Positions 25,137-33,208 of a stretch of 52,703 nucleotides of DNA are shown here, piece after piece. Under the pieces are notes generated by a model. That model was not told where the DNA came from. It made no database searches and saw nothing but the letters and a program-made list of their open reading frames with translations. Each line of letters starts with the position of its first letter. Position 1 is the stretch's first letter. Position numbers and translations under genes: made by a program. The stretch is from an uncultured Alphaproteobacteria bacterium (GTDB lineage Bacteria > Electryoneota > RPQS01): contig CAZVXJ010000001.1 of the NCBI GenBank assembly GCA_964631675.1, positions 1 through 52,703 of the forward strand, in the 5' to 3' direction.

Positions 25137-25865
25137 ATGATGACAATAGCCGAAGACGGAGACGGTATTGAAAGACTCTACTGGCGCACTTACATGGAAT
25201 GTCACTTTCCAAGCTATGAGAAGTTCTGGCAGAAAGAGGTGGTGCCAATCACTTATCGGGACATGGTGCCCGCGTTGTTCAGACCTGAAAGTGAACTTAA
25301 GGCATTGGGCAAGAGTGAGATCAATTGCTATCTCGCGCAGTTGCACTACTCCATCATGTTTCAACTGGGATTGGCGCACTCATTTACTCAGATTCCTAAC
25401 CAAGAAACGGAGTACACGAAACTGCTTTATGCGTTTACCGCATTGTTAGGTGCTACGGACAAAGCATTTCAATTGCTCTCCTGGTGGGCACAAAAAGACA
25501 AATGGCAGAGCATACTTTCGGATTGTACAAAGAGCCCTGCGGCGAATGTGCACATGTTTGTGTGTTTTGAAGAGAAGGCAAGGCCATGGGACAAACAATG
25601 GAGAGACAAAGGCAATAACGACACCGCGCCGCTTCAGAAGATACGTGACTATCGAGATAAACTCATACACCGCGGGCTGCGATACACGCACGTGATTAAT
25701 GGAATTGCCTGCCTCCCCGGACTGAATGCACAGGACAAATACGGGAAATGGGGAGAATTTATCGATGAAAAGGACTTCGTTCCTGCCGCACAAATACTTT
25801 GGGAGTCTTGGAAGAAAACAGTTGATTACATTGAGTTGAAGTGGAAGGACGTTTTGCTGAAGTAG
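25137..25865 (+). CDS. Hypothetical protein with HEPN-like Rx4H motif
   Basis: All-helical-looking ~240-aa protein with 'KIRDYRDKLIHRG' (R-x4-H preceded by an aromatic/R residue, as in many HEPN RNases). The start was chosen at ATG 25137; the track GTG 25077 lies in the divergent promoter region. Confidence 0.6.
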   Translation: MMTIAEDGDGIERLYWRTYMECHFPSYEKFWQKEVVPITYRDMVPALFRPESELKALGKSEINCYLAQLHYSIMFQLGLAHSFTQIPNQETEYTKLLYAFTALLGATDKAFQLLSWWAQKDKWQSILSDCTKSPAANVHMFVCFEEKARPWDKQWRDKGNNDTAPLQKIRDYRDKLIHRGLRYTHVINGIACLPGLNAQDKYGKWGEFIDEKDFVPAAQILWESWKKTVDYIELKWKDVLLK

Positions 25866-25880
25866 ACCAACACCACAACC

Positions 25881-27314
25881 ATGAACACACTGCGTTATAT
25901 TCAACTCATGGTCATTTTGTCTTCGCAAGCTCTATTTGCGCAGGGGCCGGACGTGCTCTGGACGCGGGCGTACGGCGGGAGCGCGCACGAGCAGCTGCAT
26001 GATATTCAGATCACTGCGGATGGCGGGTTTATTGCTGCGGGTTCGACGGAGAGTTATGGCGCGGGAGGGGAGGATGTGTATCTTGTGCGAACAAATGCGA
26101 ACGGCGATACGCTGTGGACGCGGGTGTATGGTGGGGCGAACGAGGATTACGCGTATTCGATAGAACCTGCCGCAGGCAGTGGATGGATCGTGGCAGGCTC
26201 AACAGCATCGTTCGGCGCAGGCAGTGACGATGTCTGGGTGCTGCGACTAAACGCAAACGGCGACACGCTGTGGACGCGCACACTGGGTACGGCGCAGATT
26301 GATCAGGGCACGAAAGCACGCGAGACCGCCGACGGAGGCTTCATCGTCACCGGTTACTCCGCTCTCTTCCCCAATGCGAACTCGGACGGACTGCTGGCAA
26401 AACTGAACAGCAGCGGTGTACCCGAATGGTCGCACGTGATTGGGCAACCTGAGAATCATGAAGCGCTGTATGATGTACACGAACTCCCTGCGGGAGGTTT
26501 GGCGGTCTGCGGCTACAATGAGGATATTGAAAACGGCAACGGCAGTTGGGATGCGTGGCTAATCCTGTGCGACAGTCAAGGCTTGAACCTGACGATGGAG
26601 TATTACGGCGGTTTCGGTTGGGACGCGGCTTATGCGATGATTCCGATGCCGGACGGCGGGTTCATGCTGGGGGGGACGACCGACCTGAATTTTTCGGTGC
26701 AGACAAATTTCTTCTTAGTGCGTACCGATGCGAGTTTGAACGAGCTTTGGTCGCGGAATTATGGCACGAATGAAATCGAAGATCTGTTTGACCTGACTCC
26801 CACGGCTGATGGCGGCTATCTGCTCACTGGCAGGACCTGCCTGATTGTCGTGAATCAATGCCGCTGGAATATGTTCGCCGTCAAGGCCGACTCGAACGGC
26901 GACTCTGTCTGGGCTTGGGAATTCGGGACAGCCGGTGCCAGTGAGTCCGCCTATGCTGCTCGACAGCTGAGCGATGGCGGCTTCGTTGTGGCGGGATACA
27001 ATACGCCGAGTGCGGGAAACTGGGATGCATATCTTGTGAGACTTGCAGCCGAGTGCTCCGACCCAACACCCCGCGCACCGGAGTCCGTGACGGTTCGCAC
27101 GATTGGAAACGACTTGAGGTTGCGCTGGAATGGAGTCAGAGCTTCAGTCGCAGACTGTGCGATTGCGGTGAGTGGATATACGATTTACTCGGATGTGAAT
27201 GCGGGTGGTGCATATTTGGTGGTGGCGGGAACGACAGCGGATACGACATTCACTGATGTTAATGCTGCCGGTGCTCCGCGAAAATTTTATTTGGTGAAGG
27301 CGATAGTGCCATAG
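25881..27314 (+). CDS. Secreted beta-propeller repeat protein (paralogue of 16020..18875) with FN3-like C-terminal module
   Basis: Signal peptide and the same 'NGDTLWTR.YGG...D.......DGGF..AG.T.S.GAG..D..L' repeats. Confidence 0.9.
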   Translation: MNTLRYIQLMVILSSQALFAQGPDVLWTRAYGGSAHEQLHDIQITADGGFIAAGSTESYGAGGEDVYLVRTNANGDTLWTRVYGGANEDYAYSIEPAAGSGWIVAGSTASFGAGSDDVWVLRLNANGDTLWTRTLGTAQIDQGTKARETADGGFIVTGYSALFPNANSDGLLAKLNSSGVPEWSHVIGQPENHEALYDVHELPAGGLAVCGYNEDIENGNGSWDAWLILCDSQGLNLTMEYYGGFGWDAAYAMIPMPDGGFMLGGTTDLNFSVQTNFFLVRTDASLNELWSRNYGTNEIEDLFDLTPTADGGYLLTGRTCLIVVNQCRWNMFAVKADSNGDSVWAWEFGTAGASESAYAARQLSDGGFVVAGYNTPSAGNWDAYLVRLAAECSDPTPRAPESVTVRTIGNDLRLRWNGVRASVADCAIAVSGYTIYSDVNAGGAYLVVAGTTADTTFTDVNAAGAPRKFYLVKAIVP

Positions 27315-27411
27315 TTCTCTGAAAGGAGCCGATCCCAACCTTGCTCAAACGGCGGTCTTTGCCGGTCTGATTCTGTGTGTTTCATCCAAAAAACAGAAGA
27401 GGAGTAAAACC

Positions 27412-28263
27412 ATGAGCAGCCGTTTTCTCGCCCTTGCACTGCCGCTATTGTTCTCGCTTCCCGGCGTACTCGTTGCAGAGGAGTACACGACCGAGTTGCC
27501 CGTGTATCTGCGTGATCGCGGAGCAAGCATGCCAACATCGATGTTTGGCACGTACATTCAGAAAGGAGAGTTCTTACTCTATCCATTTTGGGAGTATTAC
27601 TACAATCCCGACGAAGAGTACAAGCCGGCGGAGCTGGGTTATGGTGTGGATCAGGATTTCACCAGTGAATTCCGGGCCAATGAATCGCTGATTTTTGCCT
27701 GCTATGGATTCACGGACCGGTTTAATGTGGAACTTGAAGCCGCGCATATCTCCGCAGAACTGAACAAAGCTCCAAATGATTTTTCGGCGATGCCCGATGA
27801 TCTGGAAGAGCAGGGCCTCGGCGATGTGCAGACGATGCTGAACTACATGTGGCGGCATGAAACACCGCGCGGGCTGGGCGCCTTCAGTTTCTTTGAGACG
27901 GTTTACCCCTTCAACAAAAATAAGCCGCTGACGGGAACGAGCGATTTTGAGCTGAAACTCGGTCAAGGAGTTATCAAGGGCTATTCGTGGGGAACGATGA
28001 AGGCAAGGATAACCGGAGAGTATATTCTGGCTGAAAAGAAGGCGGAACTTGGAGAAGTGGCGGTAGAGTACCTGAAGCGCGTGCATCGCAACTGGCGGGT
28101 TGCAATGGCAGTCGAGGGCTTTCAGGATGAGATTGAACTGATTTCCGAAGTGCAGTACCACTTGATCAAGGATCGCCTGTATATGAAGTTCAACAATGCG
28201 ACAGGGCTCACTTCGAAGGCTCCCGACTGGGCGCCGGAGTACGGTATCATGATCGGGTTCTAA
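27412..28263 (+). CDS. Outer-membrane beta-barrel protein (MetA/transporter-like, tentative)
   Basis: GAGGAG ribosome-binding site and signal peptide (LALALPLLFSLPGVLVA-EE). Alternating strand pattern and a C-terminal aromatic beta-signal '...YGIMIGF*'. Confidence 0.7.
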   Translation: MSSRFLALALPLLFSLPGVLVAEEYTTELPVYLRDRGASMPTSMFGTYIQKGEFLLYPFWEYYYNPDEEYKPAELGYGVDQDFTSEFRANESLIFACYGFTDRFNVELEAAHISAELNKAPNDFSAMPDDLEEQGLGDVQTMLNYMWRHETPRGLGAFSFFETVYPFNKNKPLTGTSDFELKLGQGVIKGYSWGTMKARITGEYILAEKKAELGEVAVEYLKRVHRNWRVAMAVEGFQDEIELISEVQYHLIKDRLYMKFNNATGLTSKAPDWAPEYGIMIGF

Positions 28264-28284
28264 ACCAAGACCGGATTTCATGCA

Positions 28285-28312
28285 ACAACCCCCGCCAAAT
28301 GGCGGGGGTTGT
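28285..28312. terminator. Bidirectional intrinsic terminator
   Basis: Perfect 12-bp stem ACAACCCCCGCC-AAAT-GGCGGGGGTTGT followed by CTTGTCTT. It lies between convergent genes. Confidence 0.75.
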
Positions 28313-28340
28313 CTTGTCTTGGTCCGTGCTGATGGCTCGA

Positions 28341-30476
28341 TTACGGTTGTTCACCGCCCGTCGTGTCTTCCTCCATCGTAACCAGATAGAAGAATTTTTC
28401 GGACGGGTTATTCAAGATACCCGTGTCAATGAAGGTCGTGTCGGAAGTTGAGCCAATGCGCAAATTAGGACCGGGAGTGAAGTCCGGTGTGCGGGAACGA
28501 TAGATATTGAATATCGGTTCGGTTGGATCGGAGCTCCAGGCAAGTTTGATATGCGGATTAAAAGGCACGCCATGTCCGAGCACGACATCAATGATGAAGC
28601 ACTTGCCACACTGTACGATGGAGGTGTACTGCGAGCACGGGATACCGTTCGTGACGGTGGGCGTGACATGCAAGTAATAGGTTCCGGCTGCGAGACAAAG
28701 GACAAACGCGTTTTTCGTTTGACAAGGATTGCCCGTCAAGTCGCGAATCGTGACCAGGTTGCTGCAATCAGGCGTGGGACGCAGAAGCTGCATTTGGAAC
28801 GGAAACTCCGCCCGAACCCGCCAATTAATGCGACGCGGCGCGAGCAGAGTAAAGGTATACCAATCGTGATCCACGATGCCGCCCATGGCAAATGAAGTTG
28901 CACACAAGCCCTGGTTGCAGCCCTGAAAGCCGAAGGGTGGCGGCGTGAGCCCCGAGGTGCAGCCGCCGTTGTAAGAATCTGGCCCGGTGATGTTCGGACA
29001 AATTTCTCCGTCCAGCGAGTAGCTTCCGCAGCTGATGTCGCACGGGCAGGCACAGTTTGAACAGCGCATCGTCAGCACATAGGGTCCGGTCGAAAGCCCG
29101 ACGCCTTGCACAAGCAGTTTGTAGGTGCCGGGCGGAAGACATGGTGTGACCATCGCGGCATCGTCACCCACTCCGGAACTGTCATCGAAACCCAAAAGTG
29201 TTGTGCAGTCTGATTGGAATAGTGCGATGCGCGGATTGAGTCCCTGCCCATAGGTGTACCAGCCAAACGCGTCGTCGGCATAACAGTTGATGGTTGCGCT
29301 GCGGCAGCTTGGTCCGGGAATGGTGATGTTATACCAGTCACGGTCGGGTGCACCGGCTCCCGTCTGAATTCGTCCGCAGAGTGTATCCGGGCAGCCAAAA
29401 ACGGAAGTGGTTTGCGGGCAGGAGTCGTCCGTTGGCTCGAAATCCTGCGTCGGATAGGGACAGGTGTCAGGTGGAACACTCAGGCAGGGAATACACTGCA
29501 CGCTTGCGACGTAAGGTTTACAGACAAATCCCGTTGGGCCGTTGGCCGCGACTCTGAGCCAATAGGTTCCGGGATTCAGACAGGCGGAAATGCAAATTTG
29601 TTGACAGGCAAGGGCGCTGCCCACGGCATGCACGGCCATCGCCGGACAGGTTAGCGCAGGCGTGTAAATTCCGGTCATGATCGGAAAGTCTGCCGTCACG
29701 CACCAGATCACGCTGTCGACACTCGTCAGAGTGATTTCATAAAAGTCGTTGTCCGGCCAATCCTGCATGATGCCCATGCCGCAGATGGTGTCGCCGCATT
29801 CCACGTGCATACCCACCGGCGGATAGGATGTGCAGCCGCCGTTATAGATATCCCATTGGCTGGGACAGGGCTCGTTTTCCTGAATGGCTGTAACCGGACA
29901 CGGTTCGCAGGGAGTACAAGGATAACAATTCACTTCTGCCGTGTAGGGATCCAAGGTGCACTCGACGTTCAGTCCGTAAGGCAATACAGTCAACCAGTAT
30001 TCGCCCGGTGGAAGGCAGGCTCCAATGCACGTCGTTTCGCAGCGAGTCATTTCAGCGGTCGCCCAAGTTATTGTGGGTCCGCAGCCACCCGTCAGCGGCT
30101 CGAGAATTCTAATCTGTCCGTTGAAGTTTGCGTAGACGCACCACGACACGCTGTCGTAACTGGTCAGATTGATCTCGTAGACATCCAGATCATTGTAGCC
30201 CGGACCTGAATCGGAGGTTCCGCAAAGTTGGTCGCCGCACTGAACGGGGAAAGTATAAACACTCCCGCCCACACAGCCGCCGTTATAGTGATCAATCAGA
30301 TTGGGGCACGGTTCGTTTTCCAGTATTGAAACAGCCGGATCACATTCCGGACACGGAAGGCACGGTTGACAATCGAGAGAAATCCAGTAGTCAGCACTGC
30401 TGCAGGGCACACCTCCCGCAGGGCCGGAGGGATAGACCGTAACGTAATACGTTCCCGGATCAAGACAGTCAGACAT
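28341..30476 (-). CDS. C-terminal 711 aa of a Cys-rich PPC-like repeat exoprotein (no signal peptide of its own; FN3-like C-terminal module)
   Basis: Four ~140-aa units with 'ENEPCP...YNGGC...CG..CG....D.D.Y..TL......W.V.A.F' (pre-peptidase-C-terminal-like 'E-x-EP' and 'DxDWY' hallmarks). Same frame as 30525..31460, separated from it by one TGA. Confidence 0.85.
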   Translation of the reverse strand: MSDCLDPGTYYVTVYPSGPAGGVPCSSADYWISLDCQPCLPCPECDPAVSILENEPCPNLIDHYNGGCVGGSVYTFPVQCGDQLCGTSDSGPGYNDLDVYEINLTSYDSVSWCVYANFNGQIRILEPLTGGCGPTITWATAEMTRCETTCIGACLPPGEYWLTVLPYGLNVECTLDPYTAEVNCYPCTPCEPCPVTAIQENEPCPSQWDIYNGGCTSYPPVGMHVECGDTICGMGIMQDWPDNDFYEITLTSVDSVIWCVTADFPIMTGIYTPALTCPAMAVHAVGSALACQQICISACLNPGTYWLRVAANGPTGFVCKPYVASVQCIPCLSVPPDTCPYPTQDFEPTDDSCPQTTSVFGCPDTLCGRIQTGAGAPDRDWYNITIPGPSCRSATINCYADDAFGWYTYGQGLNPRIALFQSDCTTLLGFDDSSGVGDDAAMVTPCLPPGTYKLLVQGVGLSTGPYVLTMRCSNCACPCDISCGSYSLDGEICPNITGPDSYNGGCTSGLTPPPFGFQGCNQGLCATSFAMGGIVDHDWYTFTLLAPRRINWRVRAEFPFQMQLLRPTPDCSNLVTIRDLTGNPCQTKNAFVLCLAAGTYYLHVTPTVTNGIPCSQYTSIVQCGKCFIIDVVLGHGVPFNPHIKLAWSSDPTEPIFNIYRSRTPDFTPGPNLRIGSTSDTTFIDTGILNNPSEKFFYLVTMEEDTTGGEQP

Positions 30477-30524
30477 ACACGCGGTGTCACAGGCCAGACC
30501 AACGGTCTGGAAAATTACGGGGCT

Positions 30525-31460
30525 TCAACCAGCGCTGAAATACTGGTGCGCCTGCGCAATGAAATCAAATTCCGCGCTAATACACCACGTCAAGCTGTCG
30601 CGCTCGGTAATCGTGACGATATAGGCATCATGATCGAGGTGCGATCCCCAGAAGGCGGTACCGCAGCGTGTCTCTCCGCAGTTCAGCGTGGTGGCATGAA
30701 AGGGGTAGTTAAAGCACCCGGCATTATAATTGTCCGGATAACCTGAAGGACAGCCTTCGCCTTCGGCCAGTGCTCCGGTCGGACACAGCACGGAACAAGG
30801 CGGGCAAGGTTCATTCGGACAGGCACCCGGCGCTCCAACGTGGAGAACATAGTCTCCGCTCTCCGAGCCCGCGCCGTCAATAATGATGTAGTAGGTGTAT
30901 CCGGCGCGCATGAACACATTAGGGCAGCAGCTTTGCGGAGCGCAGGTTGCCCCATCATTATTACAGCAGACAAGATTCGCGGGGGGCGGGCCGGGACAAA
31001 GCTCCCAGACATAGAGAATGGTATTGAATGACGAGCCGCACAGTGATACGGAGACAATCTGATTGGTGGGCGAGGTGTAGCTGTACACCACATCCGGCGC
31101 CGTACTGAGTCCACAATTGACCGGCGGGACAAAGTCATCAAAGAATTCAATGGTCGAACCAAAATCGCAGTAGGGCAAGCTGTCAATCGGCGCGGCATCC
31201 GTGCAATTATCACCCCCTTGATCCAGCGAGCCTTCGCGGTCGCGCGGGAGTTGAGAATAGAGTGCGTTGAGTTGGTCAACGATAGGAAGCATAGCCTGCT
31301 CCCCTCCGCATTCAGCGCTAATTCGGGCGAGCTGATTCTGGAGGTCGGCAATGCGGGCGTACAGATCATCGCTCGATGCATCCTCGACGGTCGGCCGTGC
31401 TAGGAGCGGCACCGAGGAAAGGATGAGAATGAGTACGCAAAAAATTCGTTGATTAATCAT
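30525..31460 (-). CDS. N-terminal part (signal peptide, coiled segment, first Cys-rich modules) of the same exoprotein, ended by an in-frame TGA
   Basis: GGAG lies 8 nt upstream of ATG 31460, giving MINQRIFCVLILILSSVPLLA-RP. It contains one 'LPY.DFGST...APDVVY...SLCGSSFNT.L.V...CPG...CCNND' module. The stop TGA is at 30527-30525. Confidence 0.8.
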   Translation of the reverse strand: MINQRIFCVLILILSSVPLLARPTVEDASSDDLYARIADLQNQLARISAECGGEQAMLPIVDQLNALYSQLPRDREGSLDQGGDNCTDAAPIDSLPYCDFGSTIEFFDDFVPPVNCGLSTAPDVVYSYTSPTNQIVSVSLCGSSFNTILYVWELCPGPPPANLVCCNNDGATCAPQSCCPNVFMRAGYTYYIIIDGAGSESGDYVLHVGAPGACPNEPCPPCSVLCPTGALAEGEGCPSGYPDNYNAGCFNYPFHATTLNCGETRCGTAFWGSHLDHDAYIVTITERDSLTWCISAEFDFIAQAHQYFSAG

Positions 31461-32051
31461 AGCGAGTCTCCAAGTTGCTCTACCGGCGAGGGTCAACCCC
31501 ATCGTATCATGAATTGTTACAATTTAGTTAATCTGCGATGTGAGCGCAAGGAGTATCTGGCTCCGAAAAAAAAACTGCACGGCATTTGGATTGAATTCCA
31601 ACAAATAAGAGGCAGCTATAGCACATACAAACAAAAGATAAACAATAACTAACACGATCGGGCCAGATCGTTGTGGGTCATTACCAAGTGAGAGCCAGAG
31701 TCGGGACTACTCGAGCGAAGTTTTGGCGATTGCGCCGAATGGGTACCGAAAGTCGCTCATCCGATGCCTTCGAGTGGTACCAACGGCCGCCAATTATTTC
31801 GAGAATTTTACAAATGCCCCGGAACTCGTGAATCCACAGCAAGATATTCCACGTATAAGCATCGAAACGACGAGTGTCTGTCGTATTCAGAAAGAAACCA
31901 TGCCACAACATTTTCCCATTCACAGGTGAGCTAACACCTCGCCCGGCGTAGCCGGGCGCCCAACTTTAACCTCGCCGGAGGCCGTGGCGTGTAGGTAAGG
32001 CATTCGTCTACTCCTGCTCGTGCGGTCATTTCCGGCACAGCAAGGAGTCCC

Positions 32052-33182
32052 ATGATTGCCACAGCAGAGAATTTCGAGACGGTACTGAATCTGGTTTGTA
32101 CGGATGTAATCGCGCGAGAAGCGCCCGAGGTGGACAGGCACGGTGCATTTCCGCGAGTATCCATAGACGCGCTGAGAGCCGCTGGACTGCTCGGCGCAGT
32201 GAGCGCAAAAGCGGTCGGTGGCCTCGGGCTTGGACCGCGAGGAGCGGCGAGAATTACGGGAAGAATCGCCGAGGAATGCGGCTCCACGGCGATGGTCGTC
32301 TGCATGCATTATTGCGGAGCGGCGGTGCTGGAAGCTCATGCCGATTTAGAGACTCGCAAATCTGCGGCGAAGGGCACACACCTGAGTACACTGGCTTTCA
32401 GTGAGATGGGATCTCGCAGTCATTTTTGGGCGCCGATCGGAACAGCGATCAAGAATGGCGGCACGATTCGATTGGATGCAAAAAAGAGCTGGATCACTTC
32501 CGCTTCGGAAGCAACCGCTTATGTTTGGTCTTCCAAGCCACTCGGTGCAGAAGGGCTGAGCACAATATGGCTGGTCCCCGCAAAGTCTGAGGGTATCAAA
32601 GTTCAGGGGAAATTCGATGGCCTGGGTCTCAGGGGAAATGATTCTTCGCCAGCCAGTGCCGACGGAGTACACGTTTCCGAGGGGGCGATGCTGGGTGCTG
32701 ATGGCAAGGGATTCGACATTATGATGGGGGTCGTGCTTCCCTTGTTCAATGTGCTGAACACTGCCGTTACGGTTGGATTGATGGAGGGGGCGGTCAAGCG
32801 CACAGCAGAACATGTGGGCGGCACAAAATACGCGCATCTGGATTCTGCCCTGAAAGAAATGCCCACCATCCGCAATTACGTCGCAAGAATGCGCGTCAAG
32901 ACGGACATGACGAAAACGCTGCTGGACGATACGATTGCCGCTCTGGAAACGAATCGTCCCGATGCGATGCTGCGGGTGCTGGAATGTAAGGCGGCGGCCG
33001 GCGAAACGGCAACTGAAGTACTGGATACTGCGATGCGCGTCTGCGGCGGGGCGGCTTTTCGCAAGGACGTGGGTGTAGAAAGATATTTTCGCGATGCCCG
33101 TGCAGCGGGTGTGATGGCTCCGACAACGGATGTGCTCTACGATTTTATTGGCAAAGCCGTGACCGGCATGCCGCTATTCTAA
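32052..33182 (+). CDS. Acyl-CoA dehydrogenase-family flavoprotein
   Basis: 376 aa with AAGGAG upstream. Three-domain ACAD-like layout with 'LAFSEMGSRSHFW', 'KSWITSA' and the C-terminal 'GVERYFRDARAAGVMAPTTDVL' (the ERxxRDAR-type motif). Confidence 0.8.
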   Translation: MIATAENFETVLNLVCTDVIAREAPEVDRHGAFPRVSIDALRAAGLLGAVSAKAVGGLGLGPRGAARITGRIAEECGSTAMVVCMHYCGAAVLEAHADLETRKSAAKGTHLSTLAFSEMGSRSHFWAPIGTAIKNGGTIRLDAKKSWITSASEATAYVWSSKPLGAEGLSTIWLVPAKSEGIKVQGKFDGLGLRGNDSSPASADGVHVSEGAMLGADGKGFDIMMGVVLPLFNVLNTAVTVGLMEGAVKRTAEHVGGTKYAHLDSALKEMPTIRNYVARMRVKTDMTKTLLDDTIAALETNRPDAMLRVLECKAAAGETATEVLDTAMRVCGGAAFRKDVGVERYFRDARAAGVMAPTTDVLYDFIGKAVTGMPLF

Positions 33183-33208
33183 TACATGAAGGAAATGCAG
33201 GAGAGGCA

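Noticed and set aside
8516-30527. Alternative genetic code (TGA read as Trp or Gly, code 4/25) as the explanation for the two in-frame TGAs
   Set aside because: TGA clearly terminates other genes at their natural ends. For example it comes right after the T9SS CTD '...KMVLIK' at 9638-9640, and it is the stop at the hicB, doc-antitoxin and radical SAM gene ends. Genes would run far past conserved C-termini if TGA were a sense codon.
31681-31923. 80-aa minus-strand ORF in the AT-rich spacer, considered as a transposase or integrase remnant
   Set aside because: No DDE, HTH or recombinase motif is recognisable, no inverted repeats flank it, and it has no RBS. The evidence is insufficient to call it a gene or a mobile element.
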